From the IMG/VR virus record IMGVR_UViG_3300046697_000246, positions 9,291 to 73,290 of that record: a stretch of 64,000 nt of DNA, one strand, 5' to 3'. This DNA is from a virus. The notes below the pieces were generated by a model. It had not been told where the DNA came from. It did no database searches and saw only the letters and a program-made list of their open reading frames with translations. This document shows, in pieces, positions 29,711-40,007 of this stretch (position 1 is its first letter; every line of letters starts with the position of its first letter). Position numbers and translations under genes: made by a program.

Positions 29711-31841
29711 TCAACACGCTCCTTTTTGTCGGAAACTTGCCGGAGCAAAACATCCGTTTCAGGAATTCGGATTTTGATTCCTTCACTCCGGCATCGGCAT
29801 CCTTGGCGAATGCCTTTTCAAACTCGCGCGGGCTGGCTCCAAGATTTTCACGGGCCGACTCGTAAAGTTCGCCGAGCGGTTTTCCAAAGCCAAATTCGTG
29901 GCTGTGCTGGCGCCCGGCGAAACGCTTCGCGGCCTCCTTGCGCGGGATGAACTCGCCGGATGGCAGGATGAAGCCCTCTTCGCCCTTCTTCGCGCCCTTG
30001 CCGTAAATCTCGTCGTGGCTGTTTCCCGTCACCAACTCGCCGGACTTGGCGCGGACGGCGGCGGACACCGGTTCTTGGACAATTTCCGGCTGGACGGGTT
30101 TTGGCTGGCCAGATTCGGGCTTCGGAGCCTGCGCGTCTCGAATTGATTGTGCAACCGTGTCACTGACGTTTCGGGCATAAACGGTGTATTGGTTGATTCC
30201 CTTCGCGCCGGGCTTTGTGGGTTTCTTGATCCACGGCTCAACCTTCGCGTCCACCTTCCCGGACGTTGCGTTGAAAAGCGCGGCGGAAAGCTCGTTTGCG
30301 TCCTTCAGCTTGTCGAAATGTTTGATGACGATGACATTTCCGCCGTTTGGCGTTGTCTGCACGTCTCCCGCCTTGCTGTCGAAAAGCCAGTGCTGTTCTG
30401 GTGCAAGCGTCGGCTTGGCAAGTTGTGGCGATATTGCCGTTTGCTCCGGTTTTGGAGGTATAATTTCGCTGCCAGTTGGCGCTGGCGGCGTTTTTACGAC
30501 GGCGGGCTGGATGGTTGGTGATGTTTGCTTAACCTTGACGCTGACCATGCCTTTCTCGTTTGGCGTCGAAACGTCCACGATGCCAGCATCGGACAACTGC
30601 CGCCATGTGGGTGTATTTCGGCCAAGCACGAGCTTCAGGTGTGGCGTCTGCTGTTCAACTTCCGTGGCGGGAATGAACATCTCGCGGCCCTGCATGTTCT
30701 CGAACAGTTTAGATTTCAGCGCGGGAACTATTTCAGGCGATATTGCTGGCGCAGTAGGTTTGGCGGCGGGCTTGACCGGCTCCGGCGGGAATGCGGCGGC
30801 AAACTGTTCCGGCGTCATCGCGGCCACGCGCCCGATGTCGGCGAAGGTCGAGCCTACTTCTTCGCGCGGCGCAACGACAGGCGGCGTTTGGACTTCTTCC
30901 AGTGGTGGTATCGGGGCAGCTTCCCCTTGTTGTCGAAGTGGTGCCGTTTCACCCACGCCTTCCCCTTCGTTGCGAACAGGAAGGCCCGTTGTTTCTGGCT
31001 GGTCGAGGGCATTTTGATCTCCCGTGGTTGTTCCGCCGCCTCCTGGCGGGGATGATTTTCCGAATTTTCTTGGTTCACCGAACAAAAGGAATTGCGCGAC
31101 GCTTTGCGTGATTTCACCGCCGGTCGGTTTCTGGCCTTGGAGTAGCGGATTCACGACGCCCATGCCTGCGCCGAGTCCAGCTTGGACGGCAAGATTTGTG
31201 GCAAGGCGTTTTTCAATGGCCGTGACAGGCTGGCCAGCGGCGATTTTTCTGATTGCGTTTGCCGCCGTCGCCGTCTGGATCGGGTTGGCGAGTTTGAAGG
31301 CGGGTAGTGAACCGAACAGGCTTCCGGCGAAACTCGCAACCGGATGGTCTTTCAAATCCTCCTGCTGGAACTGTTCGAGTTCGTCAGCAACTTGAGGAGC
31401 GGCAACCTTCAGCGCCTCGTGCTGCGCTTTGTCTGCCACGGTTGAACCGATGATTGCTCCAACAAGTCCCAATCCGACTCCCAAAACATCGGCGAGCGGG
31501 TCTTCCGGGCCGAGGCCGATGGCTTCACCCAATCCCAATCCGCCAAGAAATCTTCCAACAGCGCCAGTCGCGGCTTTCTTCACAACCTGCGAGCCTGCCA
31601 CTTTTGCACCAGCCAAAGCGCCATACGCGGGCAGGATGTTTTCGGCAGCTTGGCGGGTGAATGCTCCGGTTGCGGTTGTGGATGTTGGCGCGGGCGTTGC
31701 GGGGGCGGCGGGCGGCGGGGCGAACTGGTAGGCGGATGGAGCGGCGGGCGCGTTTGTCGTCTCTATGTCATCCGGCGACGGCGGAACAAAGCTGCTTGGC
31801 GCTTCTTCAATTTCATCCGGTGCTGGTGGTGCAAAAGTCAT
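29703..31841 (-). CDS. putative ejection/internal virion protein
   Basis: N-terminal F.PP.PD repeats, Gly/Ala-rich hydrophobic segment, Pro-rich linker; start at ATG 31841, downstream of TTGAAT-17-TATAGA. Confidence 0.6.
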   Translation of the reverse strand: MTFAPPAPDEIEEAPSSFVPPSPDDIETTNAPAAPSAYQFAPPPAAPATPAPTSTTATGAFTRQAAENILPAYGALAGAKVAGSQVVKKAATGAVGRFLGGLGLGEAIGLGPEDPLADVLGVGLGLVGAIIGSTVADKAQHEALKVAAPQVADELEQFQQEDLKDHPVASFAGSLFGSLPAFKLANPIQTATAANAIRKIAAGQPVTAIEKRLATNLAVQAGLGAGMGVVNPLLQGQKPTGGEITQSVAQFLLFGEPRKFGKSSPPGGGGTTTGDQNALDQPETTGLPVRNEGEGVGETAPLRQQGEAAPIPPLEEVQTPPVVAPREEVGSTFADIGRVAAMTPEQFAAAFPPEPVKPAAKPTAPAISPEIVPALKSKLFENMQGREMFIPATEVEQQTPHLKLVLGRNTPTWRQLSDAGIVDVSTPNEKGMVSVKVKQTSPTIQPAVVKTPPAPTGSEIIPPKPEQTAISPQLAKPTLAPEQHWLFDSKAGDVQTTPNGGNVIVIKHFDKLKDANELSAALFNATSGKVDAKVEPWIKKPTKPGAKGINQYTVYARNVSDTVAQSIRDAQAPKPESGQPKPVQPEIVQEPVSAAVRAKSGELVTGNSHDEIYGKGAKKGEEGFILPSGEFIPRKEAAKRFAGRQHSHEFGFGKPLGELYESARENLGASPREFEKAFAKDADAGVKESKSEFLKRMFCSGKFPTKRSVLSE

Positions 31842-31887
31842 TAAATCAGTTGAGTTTCTATACCTCAACAATCCCACCCATTCAAGA

Positions 31888-33012
31888 TTATTGTGTCTGC
31901 TGCCAAGAATTCGGGTCGTTCGGATCGCCGCCGAGGTAAATCAAACCGCCCTTGTATCGCGTGCCAATTTTGTATCCTCCCATTGCCTGCGCTCCCAAAC
32001 TTGGAGCGGCAGAAATCGGGGCTGCTGGCGGCGCTGTAGGCGGAACCCATGACGGAGCGCCGCCGGGCGCTGGCGAGACGTTCCGATACTGGCCGGTCGT
32101 CGGGTCGAGAATCAGACCGGCGGGGATCGTCGGCGCTCCCTTGGGGCCGGTGTCGTAGGGCGCGAGGCGGGCGTCCATGGCGGCACTTTTCGCTTTCAAA
32201 GCGTCGAACCAACTGGTGTCCGGCGGCGGTGAACCACCAAACATCGGACTCGCGCCAGCCCAGCGCGCCACGGCGCCCGCCCCAATCAGTCTCGCGGGAT
32301 TGAAATGGTTCCACCACGATAACCCGGAGTAGTTCGGTGTGATTGGGTTTTGCTGCGGCCCTACGGTTGACATCCCTTTGTCATCAACAGCCTTCGGAGT
32401 TTTGGAAATTTCCGATGACAGCAAACCCTTCAAATTCTCCTGCTTGGCCAGGTCGCCCGTGAATTGATACTGCTGTTCAACCTGTTTCCGGTTGGTTTCA
32501 TTCGTGTCCCAAAGTTCGTCAATCTGGTCTTTGGTCGCCTTTGGCAATGCCGCCGCTATTTCATCACGCGATGCGAAATGGCCTTTCAAAGCGAGTCCAG
32601 AGACAGCATTGGCGTCATTCGCGGCATCCACAAGGGCTTGCTGTCGCTGTTCGTCATATTGCTTGCTCGTGAGATTGGCGGCGTTTTCGGCGAGTGTGGC
32701 GGCGATTTTGGATTTTTCGAGGTCAAGATACGCTTGCGAGCTTTGCTGGTCTTGCGCGTTCTTCTCCGCGAACTGGTAGGCTTGCTGCTGGCGTTCCGCG
32801 TTCTGATCTGCCTCGTTCTGCGCGCGGGCTGAGTCCTCACGATTCATCCCGGCAACATCGCGGAAGTATGCGTTGCGCTGGTCGGCGGCGCGGGCATAAG
32901 AGTCGAGATTGGCCCGGTCAACTTGGTTGCTATAACCGGCCCACCCGGCTTGTTGCGCGGCGTCGGCGTCAAAGCCGCTACCGATTACGGGCATGAAAGA
33001 AGGCGTAGGCAT
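31888..33012 (-). CDS. putative DNA ejection protein
   Basis: Gln/Ala coiled coil; C-terminal Y.GGDPNDPNSW motif seen in podovirus ejection proteins. Confidence 0.6.
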   Translation of the reverse strand: MPTPSFMPVIGSGFDADAAQQAGWAGYSNQVDRANLDSYARAADQRNAYFRDVAGMNREDSARAQNEADQNAERQQQAYQFAEKNAQDQQSSQAYLDLEKSKIAATLAENAANLTSKQYDEQRQQALVDAANDANAVSGLALKGHFASRDEIAAALPKATKDQIDELWDTNETNRKQVEQQYQFTGDLAKQENLKGLLSSEISKTPKAVDDKGMSTVGPQQNPITPNYSGLSWWNHFNPARLIGAGAVARWAGASPMFGGSPPPDTSWFDALKAKSAAMDARLAPYDTGPKGAPTIPAGLILDPTTGQYRNVSPAPGGAPSWVPPTAPPAAPISAAPSLGAQAMGGYKIGTRYKGGLIYLGGDPNDPNSWQQTQ

Positions 33013-33014
33013 GG

Positions 33015-34640
33015 TTAGGATGTGTAGTTAGTTTCGTCGCCCAGATTCACTCCGGCTGGGAATTGATAGGTTCCGTTTGAACCACTGGCCGGGCCGGATT
33101 GCGCGCCGTAGCCCATCGCTGCCGATCCGAGATATTGCTGGTTGGCGTTGTAATAATTTCCACCGCTGTCAACGTAACCCTGTGTCCCGTCCGGCAACAC
33201 AACCGATGTCATTCCTGCGTTGGTGCCGGAATAATTACTTCCGTAATTGCCTCCGCCGGCTTGTGCTGGCGCGGGCTGTTGCGGCTGTTGCGGCTGTTGC
33301 GGATAGCCGCCTCCCGGCATCACTCCACTGTAGCGAGAGCCGGTCGGATAAGCCCCCGCCCCTCCGGGATTGAAAGTCGTCGTGGTCGGCTGTGATGGAT
33401 TGGCACCGAATAAATCCTGCAAACCCTGATACTGGCTGCCGCCGTAGAGCGAGTTCAATCCGCCCAAAGTCGAGATGTTGCCCTGATTCAACCCTTGATT
33501 GGTCGCAAGAATTTGCTGAATGGTCTGGTCGGGCACCGCCATTGCCTTCATGTAATTCGTGGCGTCGGCGATGCTCATGCCTGCCGTCTGCAACTTCAAG
33601 TTTTGAAGCTGGGTCGCCGTGTTGTAGGAATTCTGATAATTCTGCTGCGCCATCGGCGCGGTGAATCCAGTCAACTGGCCGATTTGTGCCTGCGTCAACT
33701 GTTGCTGCAATGGGGTGACGTAGCCCTGAAGCAACTGCTGCGCGGCCTGCGTCTTGGCCAGTTGCGTCGGAAGCTGGATGTTCTGGACGCCCTGCGCGAT
33801 CAGCGATTCCTCGCCGCCGCCCAGTCCACTTGGCGTTCCGGTGCCGAGCTTGTAGCGGCTGACCTGTGCTTGCAAGGCGTTCTGTTCGGCATCCGCCACG
33901 TTTTGCGCTGCGGTGTCGTAACTGTCCAAGTTCTGATTGGCCTGTGCAATATCGGATGCGGTCGTGTCTGCCTGATTGCCGAGGATGTTGGAATATGTCG
34001 TGTTGAGTCCGCTGGTGGTATTCGCGTAGCCGGCGTTGAGATTGTTCAGCGTGGTTGTCAGCGGGTCGAGATTGATGGCGTTCTGATCGCTGGCGAGGCC
34101 GGAGGTTGCCGTTGATTGCGCTGAACGCGAGGCATTGAGCAAATCGCTGAAATCTGTGATTCCCTGTGTTGGCTGAAAAGTGGACGTGAGATTGTTGGTA
34201 GCCGCTAAAACGCCGGGGTTTTTGGCAATGTTGACAGACGCATAGCGCGAATTCGGATTGTTGGCCATCTGCTGGTATGACTGGCCGGCGTTAAAAGATT
34301 GGCCGAGATATGTGCCGGTGAACGGCTGGCCGGTCGTCGAGGACACCCAGCTTGATCCATTCCAAGTCGGGTTTCCCGGCGTCTGCGAGAGGTAGCTGTT
34401 GGTCGTCGGATTGTAATTTGGGCTGGTTTGGCTGCCGTAAGTATTGTTGATCAGGCCGCTGTAGGTGGTCTGGTTTTGTGACGGCGCAGACAACGACTGT
34501 CCGGGCGACCATATATTGTTGTTCGTCCCTTGAGGAGTTGTGGGGAATGGCGTGTTCAAATACTGACCCTGCGAAAACATACTGTTGTTTGGATTATTAT
34601 TGCTCCCGCCGCCAGCGGATGTAAATGATGTGTCAGCCAT
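33015..34640 (-). CDS. putative pilot/DNA transfer protein
   Basis: 541 aa, Q/N/G/S/T-rich with very few charged residues. Confidence 0.6.
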   Translation of the reverse strand: MADTSFTSAGGGSNNNPNNSMFSQGQYLNTPFPTTPQGTNNNIWSPGQSLSAPSQNQTTYSGLINNTYGSQTSPNYNPTTNSYLSQTPGNPTWNGSSWVSSTTGQPFTGTYLGQSFNAGQSYQQMANNPNSRYASVNIAKNPGVLAATNNLTSTFQPTQGITDFSDLLNASRSAQSTATSGLASDQNAINLDPLTTTLNNLNAGYANTTSGLNTTYSNILGNQADTTASDIAQANQNLDSYDTAAQNVADAEQNALQAQVSRYKLGTGTPSGLGGGEESLIAQGVQNIQLPTQLAKTQAAQQLLQGYVTPLQQQLTQAQIGQLTGFTAPMAQQNYQNSYNTATQLQNLKLQTAGMSIADATNYMKAMAVPDQTIQQILATNQGLNQGNISTLGGLNSLYGGSQYQGLQDLFGANPSQPTTTTFNPGGAGAYPTGSRYSGVMPGGGYPQQPQQPQQPAPAQAGGGNYGSNYSGTNAGMTSVVLPDGTQGYVDSGGNYYNANQQYLGSAAMGYGAQSGPASGSNGTYQFPAGVNLGDETNYTS

Positions 34641-34643
34641 AAA

Positions 34644-34871
34644 TCAAGGGGGTGGGATTGCGCCAAAGATGGCGACGTTGGTTTGAACACGCCATGCTTC
34701 CAACGCGGCGTGATTGGTCTTGTGCCACGCGGACAATTCCGGGAAAGCATCCGAAACCCTTTTGGGAATGGACACAAAAGGGATTTTCGGAATGACCAGC
34801 GCCGGCTTTACTGTCGCCACATTCGCCAGTGCATTTTGCTTAATCTGTTGCGGTGTTGGTGTTGATGACAC
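34644..34871 (-). CDS. hypothetical protein
   Basis: 75 aa, first gene of the minus-strand block; upstream TTGACA-17-TATTAA. Confidence 0.55.
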   Translation of the reverse strand: MSSTPTPQQIKQNALANVATVKPALVIPKIPFVSIPKRVSDAFPELSAWHKTNHAALEAWRVQTNVAIFGAIPPP

Positions 34872-35010
34872 GAACGCCTTTTGACCCTGCCGGGGTGGGC
34901 GTCAGATATTTAATAACGCAAAATCCAGCCCGTGTCAACATTCTGCTTGCCAATGTCGAACGATTATGCGATAGATTCTTAACGCGCCCCGGCAGGCTCG
35001 TAGGTGAATT

Positions 35011-35397
35011 GTGGCTGAAGACGCATACGGAAATTATCAGGCTGGATTGTCGGACAACGTGGATTATGTGACGCCACAATCAGGCGCGCCAGTCCAAACC
35101 GGAACTGGATCGCCGACTGCCAACACGCCTGTTTCGCCAGTTTATCTGGATTCAGCCAACAATAACATCTGGATCAATCCGTCTTTGACGACAAATGGAT
35201 GGGTTTTGTCCACCAGTGGCGGCGGGGGAAGCGTTCAGGTGATGAGCAGCAACGCCGCAAACCCGAACACGGCTTCTGTTTCGCCAGACAATCCGACGCT
35301 CGGCGCAATTTATTATCAAACCGCGTCTGTGACGCCCTACAACATCTGGATTTGGGACACGGCTGGTCGCGTCTGGGTGCAATTTTCCGCTCCGTAA
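35011..35397 (+). CDS. hypothetical tail/fibre-associated protein
   Basis: 128 aa, GTG start, G.GSP...YLD and W.WDT motifs. Confidence 0.6.
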   Translation: MAEDAYGNYQAGLSDNVDYVTPQSGAPVQTGTGSPTANTPVSPVYLDSANNNIWINPSLTTNGWVLSTSGGGGSVQVMSSNAANPNTASVSPDNPTLGAIYYQTASVTPYNIWIWDTAGRVWVQFSAP

Positions 35398-35402
35398 AAT
35401 TT

Positions 35403-38375
35403 ATGAAAATAACATCATTCGTCTTTCTTGCCTTTATCGCCAGTCTTTTCACCGTGTTTGGGCAACCTTACAGGCCGACGGCATACACGACCAACACGGC
35501 GGCTGCCGCAGACGCCCATGTGCGGGGCATTGTCGTTTCAAACGCGCAGTCGGCGAACTATGCGACCAGCGCGGCCTCGGCTGCGGTTGCGGGGGCGGCG
35601 GGCTTGGCGACGAATCTTGTCCCGCCGATTGCGAACCTGATTTACACCAACATTGGGAATTTGAGCATCGGCACAAACATCTCGACGCACGCAAACTTCA
35701 CGTTGAATAACGCCACGGGTGACAAGACGACCAGCGGCAGCGAGACGGCGGCGGGCGGGTTTATCGGCGGGGCGTCCACGGCGACGAATGCGCTGGGATT
35801 TACTAGTCTCGGCACGACCAACATCTTCGAGTTCGGAAATTATGCGGCACCGCAGGGTGAATTTCTTGACACCACGGCTGGCAGTCGCGATGCGCACAAT
35901 TTGAATAACTGGGGATCGCTTTGGCGGATGACTGGAACTCAATCCAGCCAGAGCGGAAACTTCTATTCCGGCATTGATGATACTGGAAACAATTTCAATA
36001 ATGAGGGATTCGTGTATGGGGTTTATCCGCTTTACGGAGACTGGTATTTCAACGGCTACACCACGGCAACCGTGTTTCCGACGAATATAATTTCTTTCAA
36101 GTGGAACCTTTACACCGCTAATCCTGAAAACATCCTGCGGATGTATGGGGCGCAGTATTTTGAAGCCCCGGCCAGTTTGCGGCCAAATGATGCCAGTTAT
36201 CCCAATGGCTACACCGTCTCCACACTGATTCCCTTCGTGGGCGGCTCGGCGTCGGCGATGGATGATTTGCCGCCTTCGCCCACCGCCGTGGCGAACAATA
36301 TGCCTCTGCCCATTTTCCGCTTCATGGCGGATGCAGGCAACACGGCGCAGATGACCAACTGGGTTCAATCCGAAATCACCAACACGCTTCCCCGGATTTC
36401 CACCGTCCATAATTTTCTGACGAACAATGGCGTGACCACCGTTGCCTTTGTGGACGGCTACTGGCAGGCGGCGCACCGGGATTCGGGCGGGGGCATCGTC
36501 TGGGATACCAATCAATTTCCCAGCGGAATGCCGTGGTTGGCCAACTGGCTGCATACCAACGGCTGGAATTTTGAACTGGCGGATTATTACCTTGGCGGCT
36601 ACTCGAACGAAGTCAGTTCCATTATTTTTGGCGGGAGCGCAAATTATGTGATGCTGACTCCCAACACCATCCAGCGCGATATTGCACGGATCCATTCATG
36701 GGGCGTTGATGGTTTCCGCGCCGAAGATTCAGAACTTGGATCTGGATACCAGCAGCAGATGGTGTTGCAACTGTCCGCCGCCTGCGTTGCGCCGGGCGGA
36801 AGTGTTTTCAACGACATCGTGAACCAACCCTATCCGCACCCGATGTATTCAAGCGTGCTCCTGCAAAACCCGCCAAACATGAACTGGTCAAGCTGGGTCA
36901 ACACTGTTGGAAATGACGGAATCTCCTATTTCCAGCCCGCGTCGCAGACCGTCCAGTTCCAGATTGATATGTGGAATTTCCGGGTGGACTGGACGAATTA
37001 TGTCCCCGGCACTTCGCGCGGGCATTATGTGGATGTGTCAACCTTCAGCGGAGGCGGGTGGGACCCGCCCGTCGGCGATGCTCATATTGTCCTGTCCAGC
37101 GCGGCGATGATGTTTTCTTCCCTGAACTTCTGGGGCGCAACCAACGATTCCATCGCCGCCAGCTTCAGCAACTCCGTTCTGTCGAACACGAATTGGATTT
37201 CCGTCTGGCACGATCCGCTGTTTGCCCACGCGCAAAAGGTTTATGACGGCGGGCTGCTCACCACGTCCGTCTGGTCACGGGCATTGTCAACCGGCGGCGC
37301 GGCAGTGCTGATGGTGAACGAGACGAACACCCAGCCGATGAGCGTGCAATTCGGCGCGCTCGGAATGTCACCGGCGCTCACCACGTTTGACGTGTTCGAT
37401 TGCTGGTCGAATCAGGACTTGGGAAACTTCACGGGCGGCTTCACGAACAGCATCGGTTTTCAAGATTGCGGACTGTATGTGGTCACGCCGGTCAGTTCCA
37501 TTTCCGCCTCGTCCCTAAACAACAGCGCGGGCAATCCGGCCAGCCTGACCAACGCGGCCAACTCCTTCTCCGGCACCTTCACCGGCAACGGGAGCGGGTT
37601 GACTGGCGTCAAAGTGGCTGACACGAATATCACCGGGACAATCACAGTGACAAACGGCAACGTCGGCATCGGGACGACGACGCCACTATCAAAATTGGAA
37701 GTGGCAGATAGTCAAAGATGGTCATTGAGTGAAGACCCGAACAATTACTACTTGAACTTAGTCCGAGATATTACATCAGGCAATGTTCGTTGGTCTTTTG
37801 ACCAAAAAAATGCGGGTTTTGATTATGGTCGGGTTCTTACTTTTACAACGGGTAAGATTGGTATAGGTGGAGAATTGAATCCTGCTTCAAATATAAGCGT
37901 TTCGGGTAATTTATCTGTTGGTGATTCAACTTATACAACCACTGCGGCTCCAACAGGAGGGGCAATAATTCAAGGCAACGTCGGCATCGGGACGAATGCT
38001 CCCGACTCTTTGCTGCACGTCGCTGGCAACGGTCACTTTAACGGCACCGTCACCGCCAGCGGGTTTGCGTCGACGATTACCGTCATGCCCTCAATCACAA
38101 ACTGGGTGGACATGAGCAGTCAGGTTCAACTCATCACGGAGACGACCACGAACATCACACTGCTCGGTTTCAGCAACCTTGTGGCATCCGTGGTCAACAC
38201 TTGCATCCTTGAAGTGACCAACTCCACGGCCACGGCAGCGGCAGTTACCCTGTCACCCGCTTTCCACATCGGCGTAAATTCAACGAACTGCCTGTGGATT
38301 CCCGCCGGTAAAGAAGGCCGGATATTTCTTGATTACATAGACCAAACCAACGCCATGACCACTTTATTCCAATGA
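35403..38375 (+). CDS. signal-peptide-bearing fibre-like protein with GH27 (alpha-galactosidase)-like domain
   Basis: MKITSFVFLAFIASLFTVFG leader; VDGYWQ...RD..G.....FPSGM..LA..LH..G, WGVD and VWSR.L..GG.AV...N (GH27); GNVGIGT repeats. Confidence 0.75.
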   Translation: MKITSFVFLAFIASLFTVFGQPYRPTAYTTNTAAAADAHVRGIVVSNAQSANYATSAASAAVAGAAGLATNLVPPIANLIYTNIGNLSIGTNISTHANFTLNNATGDKTTSGSETAAGGFIGGASTATNALGFTSLGTTNIFEFGNYAAPQGEFLDTTAGSRDAHNLNNWGSLWRMTGTQSSQSGNFYSGIDDTGNNFNNEGFVYGVYPLYGDWYFNGYTTATVFPTNIISFKWNLYTANPENILRMYGAQYFEAPASLRPNDASYPNGYTVSTLIPFVGGSASAMDDLPPSPTAVANNMPLPIFRFMADAGNTAQMTNWVQSEITNTLPRISTVHNFLTNNGVTTVAFVDGYWQAAHRDSGGGIVWDTNQFPSGMPWLANWLHTNGWNFELADYYLGGYSNEVSSIIFGGSANYVMLTPNTIQRDIARIHSWGVDGFRAEDSELGSGYQQQMVLQLSAACVAPGGSVFNDIVNQPYPHPMYSSVLLQNPPNMNWSSWVNTVGNDGISYFQPASQTVQFQIDMWNFRVDWTNYVPGTSRGHYVDVSTFSGGGWDPPVGDAHIVLSSAAMMFSSLNFWGATNDSIAASFSNSVLSNTNWISVWHDPLFAHAQKVYDGGLLTTSVWSRALSTGGAAVLMVNETNTQPMSVQFGALGMSPALTTFDVFDCWSNQDLGNFTGGFTNSIGFQDCGLYVVTPVSSISASSLNNSAGNPASLTNAANSFSGTFTGNGSGLTGVKVADTNITGTITVTNGNVGIGTTTPLSKLEVADSQRWSLSEDPNNYYLNLVRDITSGNVRWSFDQKNAGFDYGRVLTFTTGKIGIGGELNPASNISVSGNLSVGDSTYTTTAAPTGGAIIQGNVGIGTNAPDSLLHVAGNGHFNGTVTASGFASTITVMPSITNWVDMSSQVQLITETTTNITLLGFSNLVASVVNTCILEVTNSTATAAAVTLSPAFHIGVNSTNCLWIPAGKEGRIFLDYIDQTNAMTTLFQ

Positions 38376-38935
38376 AAACATTCACTCATTTCCTTCTCAT
38401 TCTGGCCATGACCGTCCTCGACGGCGTGGCTTACGCCCAGCCCAGCTACTGGCAGCAGTCCATGTTGAGCCAGCCGGGGGCGAGTGTGCCGTCAGGTCCG
38501 TCTTTGACTTGCACTCTTTTGGGTGAAACCCTTTCTGGAGGAGGTAACCTATACAACGACGGTTCTGGTTGTCTTTCAACATCATGGACGGCAGTATCAA
38601 CATCCCAAGTGTGTGAGTTTGATGTTTTTGCGGCAACGGTTAATTCTAATCCAACTCATATTGAGATATGGACAGGCCCCGGAAGCACAGGGACACTTCT
38701 TGGCACTAGTTCGAGTATAACAGCATCATCAGGCTGGAACGCATATTATTTTTCTTCCCCAGTTTCGATTTCTTCCGGGACAACGGTTTATTTTACTTGG
38801 ATAACTGGAACGGAATGGGATTACTCTAGTTGGGCTTTTGCCGGCGGTGCCGGTGGAGTATTGCCGGGATTGGCATTTAAGACGGGATTGCAAGCTGGGG
38901 AACATCCTGCTTGCCGAGTTTATACTGAACAATGA
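38372..38935 (+). CDS. signal-peptide-bearing beta-sandwich protein
   Basis: Hydrophobic leader ending AYA; IW...GTLLG.S...GWN...F..PV.I..GT. Confidence 0.65.
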   Translation: MKTFTHFLLILAMTVLDGVAYAQPSYWQQSMLSQPGASVPSGPSLTCTLLGETLSGGGNLYNDGSGCLSTSWTAVSTSQVCEFDVFAATVNSNPTHIEIWTGPGSTGTLLGTSSSITASSGWNAYYFSSPVSISSGTTVYFTWITGTEWDYSSWAFAGGAGGVLPGLAFKTGLQAGEHPACRVYTEQ

Positions 38936-39240
38936 AAAAAATACTGTTTATTTTGTTGTTGTCGGCTTCAGCCTCGGCGCAGATTATGCCCTCCGGCCAT
39001 CTTCCCGGTGGTGTCATCTGGGCATCGAATCAGGTTGGTGTCGTTGGCGGCATCCCGAACGTCACAACCATCTACACCAACCTTTATCCCGGTGCTGATG
39101 ACTGGGGCACAATCAATCGAGCGTTGAAGGTCTGTCCTAGCAATGAAGTGGTTTATCTCAATGCCGGAACTTACACGCTTACCAATTATCTGTGGTATGG
39201 AACGGCTTGGGATGCGTGGCTTTCAACTGCGGGACATTGA
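38932..39240 (+). pseudogene. truncated secreted pectate-lyase-like beta-helix protein
   Basis: Leader ending ASA; GV.GGIP...IN.AL..CP...VV.L.AGTY resembles the cap of a long beta-helix, but the ORF stops at 102 aa. Confidence 0.45.
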
Positions 39241-39243
39241 ACC

Positions 39244-39795
39244 ATGAACGATCTTTCAAAAATCATTGACGAAATCCGCGCGCTGGAGTTGAAGATTCGC
39301 CGCATTGAGAATCGTATTCTCGACAAAGAAATCGAGTTGGCCACGGCTCTTGATGCAAAACTAAAAAGCGGCACTTCTCTTGCGGACACGAGCAAGGAAA
39401 CTCCAGCTGTGATTCCGCCATTAACCCGTTCTGAAGCATCCAAGCTGCGGTGGAAATTGATCAGGGAGAAACGGGGCAGCTTTGTGATGTTGATGTTCCT
39501 CTTTCTGGCAACAACGGCATGGGCGGCAGATGTAAGGCTGTCATGGGTTCCATCGGTTTCAACCAATGCCATTGGCACGAAGATTTACTGGGGTGGACAA
39601 AGCCGGGTTTATACGAACAGCATTGATGTCGGAAGCGTAACCAACTGCGCGGTCAGCAACTTGATGTCAAACACCAGATACTATTTCGCGGCCACGGCCT
39701 ACGATTCAGCCGGGAATGAAAGCACTAATTTTTCAAACGAGGCGGTGTGGCCAATCGTAACCAGTCCCGGCGGATTCTGGCCGGGATTATATTGA
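39244..39795 (+). CDS. fibronectin type III domain protein
   Basis: V.LSW..S.....G.KIY.G...YYFAATAYD..GNES..SNE after a hydrophobic segment. Confidence 0.7.
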   Translation: MNDLSKIIDEIRALELKIRRIENRILDKEIELATALDAKLKSGTSLADTSKETPAVIPPLTRSEASKLRWKLIREKRGSFVMLMFLFLATTAWAADVRLSWVPSVSTNAIGTKIYWGGQSRVYTNSIDVGSVTNCAVSNLMSNTRYYFAATAYDSAGNESTNFSNEAVWPIVTSPGGFWPGLY

Positions 39796-40007
39796 AACAT
39801 GAAACGCCTCATCAAACTGATAGACTGGATTATAGACAGACTGACACCAATAAATGATTGGATTGCAGGCCGTCTTAAATAAAACCATGAAACTTCTCCT
39901 ACAATTCCTGCGCGACTTATTCAGCTGTCCTTTGGGCTGGCAGGATGAGACGACGCAGACTTTTAAGTTTGGGAAAGAGCCATGACCACCAACAACTAAA
40001 TTGAACT

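Noticed and set aside
35199-35402. N-terminal extension of the fibre ORF given in the ORF track
   Set aside because: Overlaps 35011-35397; ATG 35403 follows that stop and opens a signal peptide.
2135-36695. Long antisense ORFs (e.g. 2135-3004, 11206-12075, 24074-25003, 30184-31017, 35538-36695)
   Set aside because: Shadows of GC-rich genes on the opposite strand; no motifs or start context.
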